Origin: Macrostomum hystrix
Taxonomy: Eukaryota > Animalia > Platyhelminthes
Length of the DNA stretch: 64,000 nucleotides
NCBI GenBank assembly: GCA_950097015.1
Contig: CATNEN010000012.1
Coordinates: 1,798,001-1,862,000 of the forward strand
Reading direction: 5' to 3'
The notes below the pieces were generated by a model that saw nothing but the letters and a program-made list of their open reading frames with translations, was not told where the DNA came from and did no database searches. A program made the position numbers and the translations under genes. Shown in pieces: positions 39,873-52,544 of this stretch (positions are counted from its first letter, which is position 1; each line of letters starts with the position of its first letter).

Positions 39873-42800
39873 ATGCGGCGACTGCTCATATCTGTGAGCT
39901 CTCTGCTCCTAGTGGTGGCTGCGGGACTCGGCAGCGCACAGCAGATTAGCGTCTCGGTCCAGAAAGAGATTGAAGTCCGGTATCAAAATGCGTCCTTCAC
40001 TGGGCTGGAGCTGCTGCTGGTTGACAACAGCACCGACTACAAACTGTTCCGCTTCCTTTCCATCGGCTACGCGCAGCCTCCGATTGGGCAACTTCGCTTC
40101 GCCGAGCCGCAGCCGTTAAGCTTCAGCGATGAGCAGCTGATGATCAATGCCACCGAGCAGCCGCCGGCTTGTCCGTCCGCCGGGGACAGGTCTAACGACT
40201 CCAGTCGGTACTCGGAGGACTGTCTGTACTTGAGCATCCGAGCTGGCGATCTCGAGCGCAGAAGCCCCGTGCTCATTCTTCTAGCCAACTCCGAGGTCGG
40301 CGTCACTGACGGCGACGCGTTTAGCGCCATAAACGACGTTGTCATAGCAACGATCCAGTCTCGCCAGAGCGTCCTCGGATACTTAAAATTAGACGGAATT
40401 GCCGAAAATTTGGGCCTTCGCGATCAGCAACTAGCGATTCTGTTTCTTGACGACGCTCTCGCCAGCTTCGGCGGCGACAGAACTCGAGTGACCCTGGCAG
40501 GGCACGGAGACGCTGCGGCCGCCGCCGGCCTCCTGGCCGTGCTGGCTGGTGGCGCCTTCGGGCGAGTCGCCATGCTCGGCGGCTCCATTGCTTCGCCGCT
40601 GGCCTGGTCCAACTCACTGACTGGGGCGCAGAGCCTGAGCCTTGAGCTGGTGCGACGACTCGACTGCCAGCGGGCGAGCACCGAGGCGTCACTGGACTGC
40701 CTGCGCGGTCTCAGCTCCGAGGAGCTCCTGCTGTCGGCGGTCTCACTCTCACCGGGCGCATTCGTGCCACTCGGCGCTGGCGAGTTTTTCCCGAACGGCA
40801 CAGGCGACCCGCTGGAGCGCTGGAGAGCCGGCGCCTTCGCCGGAGCCCTGCTGACTGGCGCCACCGTCAGTCCCGGAGTAGCGACAGCGCAGGCAGCGCT
40901 GATGGGCCTGCCGTGGGAGGAAGTCAACCAGAGCGTGTTCGACTCGGTGAGACCGGGTTCAATCAGACAACTGATCAAATGAAATGAAAATCAATCAATC
41001 AATCAATCAATCATTAAACTGGTTGATAAATCAATTAATCAGTCAATAATCCGATTAACTGATCAATCAATAAATGGGTTGACAAGTAAATTAATAAATT
41101 AATAAACTGATCAACCAATCAGTTCATGAGCTGATCGATAAAACTGAATATTCAATAATTAAACTAGTAAATCAATAAATCAATTTATCTATCAATCGGC
41201 GGTCGGTGGCATAGTGGTTAATGCGTTTTCCTCTGGCACCAATGTCCCTACGTTCGATTCCGCGGCGAGGCCACATTTATTAGGGGCGCAGGCGCGGAGA
41301 GAAGGCTTGGGGATGCAATTTACTCCCCTTGAGATCCAACCTCCAAGGCACAGTGAGAGTGTACACTGCCTGACAATGAGAAAGTCAGGGCAGATGTACA
41401 TTCCATGTGTGAGCGTATGCCTGCGAACGGTATCTGTGTGCGTGTGTGCTCAGGAGTCAGCGAAATGGGCAGAATTGCCTCTTCGCTGGCTGCGGGCCTA
41501 GTGTCACCAAATGATTATTATTTAACGCAGCTTCGCTTCCATTTTCATGCGCAGGTGATTGGCCGCGAGTTCGCTTACTATCCCAGGCTACACACCGAGT
41601 CCACTGCCTGCGGCCGCGACTTCCTTCGTGTCTCGCTGGCCGACTGGCCGGATCGACGCTACGGCAGCGCCGTTCGGCCCCAGCTGACGGAGGCGATAGG
41701 CGACTATCGTTACACCTGCCCGGTCTGGGAGGCGACCGGCGACCTCCTGGGTGCGTCGGCTGGACCCGCCTACGTCTACCTGGTCAACGTCACGGATCTG
41801 GACGGTCAAGACCACGCAGCCGACGCCTGGTACTTTCTCGGCGAGCCGCTCGTGCGAGAAGGTTATTCAGAGTATCACAGCGACTTGGCCAGGCGTATGA
41901 TGACCGAGCTGCGACTCTTCGTCAACAATGAAGGTCAGATGCTCAGTTGAGTACCTGATCAGCGATCTTTTGCAGATTCCAGATTCGTCGATTCTAATTT
42001 CGCCGATTCCAGATTCGCCGATTCCAGATTCGTCGATTCCAGATTCGTCGATTCCAGATTCTTCGATTCTAATTTCGCCCATTCCAGATTCGTCGATTCC
42101 AGTTTCGCTGATTTCAGATTCGCCTATCAATAAAATCTTGTGAAACCCGCCCTGATTCTCGCAGATCTCGACGCCACCTGGCCAAAAATCGGAGCTAAAG
42201 GATCCGAGTTCAGGTACTACATGGCAACTAATGATTCCTACGATGTCGGCAATAGAGACAACGGCTTCGGTCTGGAGCCTGGCCGCTGTTCGATGTGGAA
42301 GCACGAGCTGCCGTTTCACAGCGCCCAGTGCGGTTCGGACAGCGTAGACTTTGCAGCGAGAGTTGAACCAGCTCCGGCTTCTGCTGGCTGGCCTGCCAAA
42401 CTGGCTGCAGCACCCAGGCCGCAAAACATGGACTACACTGTGCTGAGAGATTTCCCGATCAACGTTATTGGCCTAGGAAATATTGTCGGCCAGACCATAC
42501 TCACAGAGGCGGGTGTCACAATGAGCCAGTTTCTGGGCCTGCCGTATGCCGAGCCTCCGGTGGGAGCCCTTCGGTTCGCCAATCCGGTTGCCAAAAGGAA
42601 TCTAGTCCGTAAGCTGCTCATAGTTTTATTGATATATTAGGCAATTTGATTGGGCAAATGCTTGTCGTGCAATTTAAGCCAACCTTAAGGGACAACCTCC
42701 AAGGCACAATGAGAGTGTACACCGCCTGACGATTAAAAAATCAGGGCAGATGTACACACCTGTGTGAGTGTGTGCTCAGGAGTCAGCCGAATGGGCAGAA

Positions 42801-45800
42801 TTGCCTCCTCGCTGGCTGCGGGTCTACACTCACCAGAGCATTCAATTTCCAGCCGTAAATGTTTTCTTCATTGAATGAAAATTTCCAGGAAGATGTTCGA
42901 CCTGTGAAAGTCCACTCGGGCCCTCACGACCAGACCTTATTCCTTCAGCTTCGGGGGGGCTATTGTTAATAAATCCTCGCCTGACACCTCGCAGATTATG
43001 AAGCCAAGCAGATGCCCCTGCCGTGCATGCAGCGCAGCGAGTACGCACAGGAGATGTCGGAGGACTGTCTATACCTGAACATCTGGACTCCCATCAGCAG
43101 TGAGAGCTCCGAGCGAGACCTTCCAGTTATTGTCTTCCTGCACGGCGGCTTCTTTCAGTTCGACTCCATAGCGGCCTGGAGAGGCCACTGGATGCTGAAC
43201 CAGGCCAAGGTGGTGCTGGTCACCGTTGCCTACCGGCTCGGAGCCTTTGGCTTCCTCTCTCTAGACGACACCTCCGTGCCGGGAAATTTCGGCTTGCGCG
43301 ATCAGGAACTGGCGCTGGCCTGGGTGCGGCGGTACATCTCACGCTTCAGTGGCGCCAGTAATAAGGTCACCCTGATGGGCGTGGAGGCGGGCGCTGTGTC
43401 CGTGACTTACCACATGACCCGGCCCCAGGCCAACTTCCAGCAGGCCGTCATCTTGACAGGATCGGCCTACCTGGACTATCCCGTATCGAATGACACCTCC
43501 AGCGTTCGACTAATTAACAGAGTATTCGCTGAGAATGTGCTCAACTGTGACTCTGCGGACACTCTGGTCTGTCTGAGAGGGCTGAACGCCAGCTTGATCA
43601 ATGAGAAGACGCGTGACTTCAATAGGCTTTATCCCGGTATTGAGTTCCCGCCAGTCATCGACGGGGACTTCATCCGGTCGGACCCGCTGGCCATGGACGC
43701 GTCCCAGTTCGCCAAGCTGCCCGTTCTGGTTGGCGGCGTGGACGGGCCTGGCAACTCGCTGGTTGAGAGACTTCGAATCGGAGAAAACTTCACTCACGAG
43801 CTGTTCCTCAAGGTAAGTATTGGACTCTGTTGGTATCACCCAACTGCTAATATGGACACTAGAAAGCACACTAGAAATCTCTCCCTATTCTCTATTTCCT
43901 AGGAGCTGCTAGAGAGCATCGCTCATTATCCCAGATTTCCACTGGAGCCATCTGGAAAGGTAAAGAAGGCGCTGGAGCTTCACTACGCAGACTACAGTGG
44001 CCGCAATAATTCCGTTCGCGACTCTGAAATTCTGGCCAGAGCCATCAGTAGTCGGCAGTTCACGTGCGCAAATCAGAAGTTTTTGGATGAAATTGCGGTC
44101 GACGACTTGCGACCAGTGTATCACTTCCGATTCGAGGAGAAGTTCGGCTCAGTGGATTTATCCCTGCCCGGTGCCTACCTGTGTGAGTTGCTAACTACCA
44201 TTTTATATTAGCAATCTCTTTGTCCCTTGACAAACAACCTCCGTTTCACCGCTGCACCCTTCCAATTCAGCCCCACTATTTCACACCTACCGCTGCACCC
44301 TTCCAATTCAGCCCCACTATTTCACACCTACCGCTGCACCCTTCCAATTCAGCCCCACTATTTCACACCTACCGCTGCACCCTTCCAATTCAGCCTCACT
44401 ATTTCACACCTACCGCTGCACCCTTCCAATTCAGCCTCACTATTTCACACCTACCACTGCACACCCTTCCAATTCAGCCTCACTATTTCACACCTACCAC
44501 TGCACCCTTCCAATTCAGCCCCAATATTTCACACCTACCGCTGCACCCTTCCAATTCAGCCCCACTATTTCACACCTACCGCTGCACCCTTCCAATTCAG
44601 CCCCAATATTTCACACCTACCGCTGCACCCTTCCAATTCAGCCCCACTATTTCACACCTACCGCTGCACCCTTCCAATTCAGCCCCACTATTTCACACCT
44701 ACCGCTGCACCCTTCCAATTCAGCCTCACTATTTCACACCTACCGCTGCACCCTTCCAATTCAGCCTCACTATTTCACACCTACCGATACACCCTTTCAA
44801 TTCAGCCTCACTATTTCACACCTACCGCTGCACCCTTCCAATTCAGCCCCACTATTTCACACCTACCGCTGCACCCTTCCAATTCAGCCTCACTATTTCA
44901 CACCTACCGATACACCCTTTCAATTCAGCCTCACTATTTCACACCTACCGCTGCACCCTTCCAATTCAGCCCCACTATTTCACACCTACCGCTGCACCCT
45001 TCCAATTCAGCCCCACTATTTCACACCTACCGCTGCACCCTTCCAATTCAGCCCCACTATTTCACACCTACCGATACACCCTTCCAATTCAGCCCCACTA
45101 TTTCACACCTACCGATACACCCTTCCAATTCAGCCCCACTATTTCACACCTACCGCTGCACCCTTCCAATTCAGCCCCACTATTTCACACCTACCGCTGC
45201 ACCCTTCCAATTCAGCCCCACTATTTCACACCTACCGCTGCACCCTTCCAATTCAGCCCCACTATTTCACACCTACCGCTGCACCCCCTTCCAATTCAGC
45301 CCCACTATTTCACACCTACCGCTGCACCCCCTTCCAATTCAGCCCCACTATTTCACACCTACCGCTGCACCCTTCCAATTCAGCCCCACTATTTCACACC
45401 TACCGCAGCACCCCCTTCCAATTCAGCCCCACTATTTCACACCTACTGCTGCACCCCCTTCCAATTCAGCCCCAATATTTCACACCTACCGCTGCACCCT
45501 TCCAATTCAGCCCCACTGTTTCACACCTACCGCTGCACCCTTCCAATTCAGCCCCAATATTTCACACCTACCGCTGCACCCTTCCAATTCAGCCCTACTG
45601 TTTCACACCTACCGCTGCACCCTTCCAATTCAGCCCCACTGTTTCACACCTACCGATACACCCTTCCAATTCAGCCCCACTATTTCACACCTACCGCTGC
45701 ACCCTTCCAATTCAGCCCCACTGTTTCACACCTACCGATACACCCTTCCAATTCAGCCCCACTATTTCACACCTACCGCTGCACCCTTTCAATTCAGCCC

Positions 45801-47030
45801 CACTATTTCACACCTACCGCTGCACCCTTCCAATTCAGCCCCACTATTTCACACCTACCGCTGCACCCCCTTCCAATTCAGCCCCACTATTTCACACCTA
45901 CCGCTGCACCCTTCCAATTCAGCCCCACTATTTCACACCTACCGCTGCACCCTTCCAATTCAGCCCCACTATTTTACACATAGGACCACACCCTTCCGAT
46001 TCAGCCCCTGCTTAACATCTCTGAGATAAATCGATCCGATGAGACTGTACTGTACTAAATACCGTTTTCCTTTCAATCACTGAGCATCTATGATGGACCA
46101 TTTATGTCATCCAAATCTAAAAACCGTTGCGCAGTCTACGACGCATTCTACGCTTTCGGCTTTCCGACATCCTCGAGGATGCCGCACTCGCGCGAGCGAA
46201 TCGAACTATCCAAGACTCTTGTTCAAAGCATCGTGGACTTTGCCAGAAATGGACAGCCCAGCTGGTCCCGACCTTGGCCTCGATATCACCGCGACAGGCG
46301 AGCCACCCTCGCCATGCGTGCTGGCAGCTTGGACCAGCTAGAGCCGACGGCTGAAGTCTTCATGAATCGCGACTGCAACTTCTGGGAATCGGTTCTGCCG
46401 TGCGTCATGACTGGAAACTGCTTCCCCCCGCCCCAGTCGACACCGGGAACGACGGCAACTACACAAGAAGGTATTTCGGGGACAACAGAGCCTACTGGCT
46501 TTACTGAAACGGCTTCAGAAGTGACTACAGATTCAACGACAACCGCTTCTGACATCTCGCCTGGAGCAAATACAACTTCTACGGAGGTCACACCTGGCTC
46601 AAGTACAACTTCTACGGAGGTCACACCTGGCTCAAGTACAACTTCTACGGAGGTCACACCTGGCTCAAGTACAACTTCTTCGAAGGTCACACCTGGCTCA
46701 AGTACAACTTCTACGGAGGTCACACCTGGCTCGACTACAACCTCTTCAAAGGCCACACCTGAATCCACAACAATCGACACGGAAACAGGGACTAAGCCGA
46801 CGGATTCTAAAACTCCACCTACGGGCACAACAACAACAACGACAACAACCACTGCAACAACTGTGACAAGCACATTAGACGTCACGACCAGCCGTCCACC
46901 GATCGGCCCCGAGCCCGCATTCATTGCCGTGGCCGTTGCTGTGCCAATAGTTAGCGTCGGAATTATAGGCTCTGCGGTCTTCGTCATCGTGAAGCTGGCT
47001 TTTCAGGGTCCCACCGTCAGCCCAGTTTGA
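39873..47030 (+). CDS. Type I membrane protein with two tandem non-catalytic carboxylesterase/cholinesterase-like domains, Ser/Thr-rich stalk, TM helix and short PDZ-type tail (~1310 aa)
   Basis: Exons 39873-40946, 41555-41933, 42165-42608, 42995-43812, 43903-44180/44182, ~46085-47030. Signal peptide [22 protein letters not shown]. Carboxylesterase type B motifs occur twice (FLSIGYAQPPIGQLRF / FLGLPYAEPPVGALRF; SEDCLYL twice; NLGLRDQ / NFGLRDQ). Nucleophile elbows read GHGDA and GVEAG, so neither has Ser. TM is FIAVAVAVPIVSVGIIGSAVFVIV and the C-terminus is ...TVSPV. The last junction is not cleanly resolved. Confidence 0.85.
41198..41525 (+). mobile_element. SINE family A, copy 5
   Basis: A box TGGCATAGTGG, B box GTTCGATTCC and ATT tail; lies in intron 1 of the esterase-like gene. 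Confidence 0.9.
41965..42125. repeat. 15-bp minisatellite (GATTCCAGATTCGTC)
   Basis: About 10 units filling intron 2 of the esterase-like gene. Confidence 0.9.
42660..42835 (+). mobile_element. SINE family A, copy 6 (5'-truncated)
   Basis: Body and 3' region only; lies in intron 3 of the esterase-like gene. Confidence 0.8.
44240..45975. repeat. 41-bp minisatellite (CCGCTGCACCCTTCCAATTCAGCCCCACTATTTCACACCTA)
   Basis: About 42 units filling the last intron of the esterase-like gene. Confidence 0.98.
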
Positions 47031-47414
47031 GCCTGATGCTCAGACTTGACCCCTGGTGTCACTCATAGCGGGACTTTTTTCCTTAAATTCAATATTGAAA
47101 CTTTCGAAGAAGCATGCGTAAAATATTTTTACTCTAGATAAAAATGTCTGCCATGGCCACAGATTCTAACTGAATAATTCTTGTGTTCTTCATAAGGCAA
47201 CCAATTTTATAACCCAAGCATCAAAGCCCAGATACCAAACAGAGGCTAAATATTTTTTACACAATGCTCGTCGAGAAAATATAGTTTAATAGAGAATTCC
47301 TTGAAATTTACTCATCCGTGCTACGTGATAAAAATTGGGTCCTGTTTTATAAACGAGCTGTCGTGCTTTAAAAAAACTAATTTTCGCAGCAAGTTCATCC
47401 GGTCAGTGATAATT

Positions 47415-47625
47415 AAGACTGGGAGTGACGTTATCCGGTAGAGATCTATTTTTAGAGCCATGGTCGTCTGGCACGTGATGCATGAGACAGGGAGTGACGT
47501 CATCCAGTAGAGATCTATTTTTAGAGCCAAGGTCGTCTGGCACGTGATGCATGAGACAGGGAATGACGTCATCCAGTAGAGATCTATTTTAAGAGCCAAG
47601 GTCGTCTGGCACGTGATGCATTAGA
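47415..47625. repeat. 69-bp tandem triplication with E-box and CRE motifs
   Basis: GAGATCTATTT recurs at 47441, 47510 and 47579. Confidence 0.92.
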
Positions 47626-48104
47626 CGGAGCCTATTCCGATCAAGTAGACGTTCGATGGATTTTAGAAGGAATACTGCATCTTTTATTTAATGTGTGACA
47701 CTATAAAACAAAAAAAAAATTCTGCTATTTAGCAGATCTACCTAATTTCTAACAAATGAGCAGTTCTCCTGCCTCTCTATTGGCCGGGACGTGACTGGCA
47801 TTAGCCGGCTCAACCAATCCAACGGAAATTTAAATCTGTCGCTGAGGTATCTAATAAGCAGCATCTACGGAATCAAAGCCAACAAAATAGATTAATTTGA
47901 TTTCAGATTTCAGTGTTGGGTTTTCAGAATGTCATCGGATTTTAAGTTAAATCGACTCACTTTTTGGTGCTGCACCTTAGCGCTAATACTAACTGAGGGT
48001 AAGTACGTGCTTCTTTGGAACCCCTAGACTAGACTAATTACTGGTTGAAGCCGCAGAATATTTTATCTATAGCTAAGTTGAAAATAAATGAAAATACATC
48101 TTAA

Positions 48105-48669
48105 CAGTAGGACTATCAAGCCATTTTGCCGCCCGTCTTTATACTCCAGACATTTTTTGGCACCGCCCGAATGCTAACAGCGTTGGGTGGTGACTGATTG
48201 GTTGACAGACTAGGCGATGGTGTACTGTGGTTGAGCTGCGCCTAATATTTAGGCTTGATCAGTGAAATTGGAGAAATTCGCGTCAGAGTGTCTATAGTGA
48301 CCTAGTATCACCTGTTGCAACCCTTGAAGGTCCAGCAGTCCGTCTAGATAAAGGTAGGTGAACACCGAAGATGGAGATGATGCAGGCACATTCGAGTGAC
48401 ATGCTGATCAATTTTGAAGGCCTGGCAAGGCCGCACTGAGGCGCAGTGCTAATGCGTGTATAGGGGTGAATGAAATACACTAACGCTTATGGGAAAAATC
48501 CGACCTTCGGCCAGAACCATTGAATATCTCGACGGTCTGAAGAGCTGGCGACTTAAATATTGTTTCAGAAGATGCGCAACAAAAAGTTGGCCCGAAATTC
48601 TTGATTTTCGGGTGCAGCACAAAAAATGTACAGGGAGTAAATTCCCTCCCCACCTTGGCAGTTCAACTG
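48105..48669 (-). mobile_element. TTAA-flanked MITE, copy 3, 565 bp
   Basis: TTAA|CAGTAGGACTATCAAG ... CTTGGCAGTTCAACTG|TTAA; internal sequence shared with copies 1 and 2. Confidence 0.82.
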
Positions 48670-48829
48670 TTAAGGAACAAATTCGTAACCAATTTGTAAC
48701 CGACCAGAGCTAATTAGATTAAAAACGGAGGATAACATTCTAACTAATGGAATTCGAATACAAATTTGTACATTCGAATCGAAGGAATGGCAACCAAACA
48801 GATGGAAAATAATCGTAAGGACACAAATT

Positions 48830-48905
48830 GTTCCAGTGGAGTCGGGAATCGAACCCCCGACCTTCAAGTCGTGAGTCTGACACTCTAATCACTAGGCTAC
48901 AAGCC
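48830..48905 (-). mobile_element. SINE family B tRNA-like head (fragment)
   Basis: GTAGCCTAGTGATTAGAGTGTCAGACTCACGACTTGAAGGTCGGGGGTTCGATTCCCGACTCCA, with the same core as the 39062 head. Confidence 0.6.
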
Positions 48906-49081
48906 CCTTGTATTGACCCACCTGAGGGGAAAACATACAAATATTAACTTGTGGAACTTTTGTTCAGAGCGTGGCATTCTGGGGTTAAGAGAGTTCTGTG
49001 GAAACTTTAGACGACCATTTGTGATCAGCCAGAAGGGGCTTTTATTGCTAATTTACATTTACTGAATCCTTAACTGATACT

Positions 49082-51589
49082 ATGCGCTATCTCGTCTTCT
49101 GCCATTGCTTCTGTCTAGCATGTTCTTTTTCCGGAGACAGTCCGCAATCTGCACTCACCTTCTTAATCAACCCCCAGCCTCTGCACTCCAAGCATGTCAT
49201 TAATCGCAGCCTGCCGCTTTACCCAAATAACAAGCTCAACCGTATGATTAATTTATGACTCAGTTGTCAGCCAGAGGGCGGAGACTCGGAGAGGGCCAGT
49301 TGGATAGGATGTTGGAAGGGCTAGAATACGCGAGGGCAAATGACTGACCTAAAATCCTTGCCGCAGTTCCACTCAATATAGGAGGGAGCTATTTGATGAC
49401 GGAAGCTTGAAGAGTAGCAGAAAATCTGGGTCAGTCATTCCTCCTGCTTCCAGGCCAGTCGTCTTACAGACAACAAATACATGAGCATGTTTTCTTATTT
49501 TCATCAGTTCTAATGGTTTACTTACTCGCCTCAACTCTGAAGCACGCTCTGTGACGCCTTGTCTTTTGCATTGGCTGCTTGATATTGTTGCTGTTGTTGT
49601 CGCATCTTCCCGAAACTTAAAGCCTTTCTCGATCGATATTGTCATTAACTAAACCACATTCTGCGGCCACCTCACTCCCTGCCCTCTCAGTTCTGCGGCC
49701 ACCTCACTCCCTGCCCTCTCAGTTCTGCAGTCACCTCACTCCCTGCTGTCTCAGTTCTGCGGCCACCTCAATCCCTGCTGTCTCAGTTCTGCGGCCACCT
49801 CACTTCCTGCCCTCTCAGTTCTGCAGCCACCTCACTCCCTGCCCTCTCAGTTCTGCAGTCACCTCACTCCCTGCCCTCTCAGTTCTGCGGCCACCTCACT
49901 TCCTGCCCTCTCAGTTCTGCAGCCACCTCACTCCCTGCCCTCTCAGTTCTGCAGTCACCTCACTCCCTGCCCTCTCAGTTCTGCGGCCACCTCACTCCCT
50001 GCCCTCTCAGTTCTGCAGTCACCTCACTCCTGCCCTCTCAGTTCTACAGCTACCTCACTCCCTGCTATCTCAGTTCTGCAGCCACCTCACTCCCTGATGT
50101 CTCGGTTCTGCAGCCACCTCACTCCTGCAGACCAATAGCAAACTAAGCTAAATAAACCATCTTCCTGCTCGCAAAAAACTCAGGAGTGGCGGCGCTAGGC
50201 TGTTTCAAATGCACATCGGTCAACAACTCCGAGCCCCAGTGCGAGGACTCATTCAACAACACTGGCGGCTTCTTTCAGCCAAGCTGTCAAGCTGCCCGGG
50301 TTGGCCGGGAAGGCCTGTTCCCTGCCACCGAGTGTCTGAAGATCAAGTTCACGGATCGTGAGTACCTGTCAATGTACATGTGCAACTATTGCAAATACAA
50401 CAAGCAGGGGAGAGTGCAGCAAAATTGGTTGGTTCATTAAATTGTGCTCAGACGAAAAAAGTTAGGGCATTTACTGTCTCCGGCGCTAAGGAGTCTCTAA
50501 ATTTTCGAGGAACTCTAGTTCGCATTGCTGCGAAAGCCGTTCCCGCTTTGAATTCAGAAACCAACGCCGCAGCCTCCATAATCTCATCCTGACCAAGTCC
50601 TGCCTACTCCCACCTGCCCATTGGGAATTTAAGAGCTCAATTTGAGTCGCCGTTTTCCCTTCCTGTGCAGTCTCGCTCATTTCGGTTGGTTTCACTTCGA
50701 TCCCCTCGAAATTGGCTCGCCGAATTCCCGCCCCCCGGGGGCGGCCTCTTGAGTAGCGACCAGCTTCAAAGCACCCCCGTTAATAGGGCGAGGAGAAAGA
50801 AAAAATAGATTGCGGTCGGCGGAGAGATAAAGAACTAGGAGGATGCAGGAGAGAGAAGAGTGTGGTTGCTATGGCAACGTCACGGAATCTCCCATTTCAA
50901 ACTGTTAAAGAACTGTTTAGCCTTAATGACTGAAATCCCACTTTTATTGTTTACTTCTGAACAAATACCTTAAACTAACTCAAACTCAAAGAAGTGAATT
51001 AGATTGACAAAAGGATCAGGATCTGGGTCAGTTTGGCACCAAGTCTGCTTTTTCACAAAGTCTACTCAGCTTCCTATCTGAGAACCGTACTCAAAGCTCT
51101 AATTAAACATTGAATTTAGGAACCCGTAGGGGAATATAGAATAGAAAGCAGCCAGCGGCACAGCCGCAGCTGTCGCTCTTCCAAAGGCTGTGCACAGCTA
51201 ATCGCTCCAGACTCGCCCTCTTTGATTTCCATCTGCTACTTTAATGCTATTATACTACTTACTAAACAGTTTTATAAGTAGTGCGTGCACAAACAATAGA
51301 ATGAAAATACATTCCAGCCGGCACAAAGATCAGTACTGTGGTTCGAACCTGCGTTGTGGACAACGGCGGCAACTCGGACAACACTGAGATCGGGCGGCGA
51401 ACCCATTGCGGCCCGCACCAGCAGCTTGTCTGGCAGAACAGACAGGTCACAGGCTGTGTGCTCACCTGCAAAACTGATGGCTGCAATAGGGGCGACTGTG
51501 TTCAGCCCGAGTACTGGATCCTGTCCGGATTCCTGATCACAATGGCGCTAGTCAACCAGCCACTCTTCCTTATTGCAGACACTGATTAG
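49082..51589 (+). CDS. Ly6/uPAR (three-finger, Quiver/Crooked-like) probable GPI-anchored protein
   Basis: Exons 50184-50357 (CFKCTSVNNSEPQCEDSFNN...GREGLFPATECLKI) and 51318-51589 (VVRTC...HCG...GCVLTCKTDGCN followed by a hydrophobic tail) give 10 Cys and a terminal CN. The first exon 49082-49241 is an in-phase candidate only. Confidence 0.8.
49650..50130. repeat. 32-bp minisatellite (CTCAGTTCTGCGGCCACCTCACTCCCTGCCCT)
   Basis: About 15 units just upstream of the first certain Ly6 exon. Confidence 0.95.
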
Positions 51590-51591
51590 TG

Positions 51592-51915
51592 TTACTGTCC
51601 GCTGTGTACTGTCCACTGTGTACTGTCCACTGTGTACTGTCCACTGTGTACTGTCCACTGTGTACTATCCACGGTGTAATGTCTACTGTGTGCTGTATAC
51701 TGTGTACTGTTTACTGTGTACTGTTCACTGTATACTGTCTACTGTGTACTCTCTACTGTGTACTGTCTATTGTGTACTATGTACTTTTCCCTGTCTGCTG
51801 TCCTCTTTCTACTCTTCGATGTGTACTTTCCACTGTGTACTATCTACTGTGTACTGTCGTCTATTTTGTACTGCCCACCGCGTACTGTTGTCTACTGTGT
51901 ACTGCCGGATGTGTA
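51592..51915. repeat. Degenerate 14-bp repeat (TGTACTGTCCACTG)
   Basis: Starts immediately after the Ly6 stop codon. Confidence 0.88.
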
Positions 51916-52544
51916 CGGTTCCCTGTGTAGGACCAGGTGTGTACCGTTTAATATGTTTTGTCCACCTAGTATGTATCCGCTATATATGTATTGTACGATA
52001 TCAGCCTTTTTTCCTTGAATCGAAAGGAAATGGCACTAATACTGCTGTACATACAGGCACTAACATGTGTAAAAAAATAGACCCAATGATGTCAAAGAGT
52101 AACTGAAACAATATCCTTATTAGTTGCTAAGCAATGCATATTTATTAAGGAACTACGCAATTATTTTTTGTGGAACTAACACGGGTAATATTGATCTTGG
52201 TTTATTTGATCCAAGTACAATCCGAGCTGTGATTTAGTCTATGAAAATGTCCTACAAATATATATAAAAGCTTTGAAATCCTATTAAACAAACAAAATAT
52301 TTTTAACGAACGTAAAAAGAAATCGTTGATCTTTAAAAACAAGCGACAGCTAAATTATCGTTGCTTTGTAATAAAAAATCATGAGTGGGAAATAAGATTT
52401 CTTGGGGTAAAAAGTTTCGTTTCCGGCAGTGTGGCGTTTACAAAAACGGAGTTTTCATACTTTAATTTCAAATTTAAAGGGTTAAAATATTGGGTCCTTT
52501 TCAAGAAGTTTGATAAGCATTGGGAAAGTACGAATATTAGATAC

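Noticed and set aside
44220-46029. 587- and 600-aa ORFs
   Set aside because: They are translations of the 41-bp intronic array.
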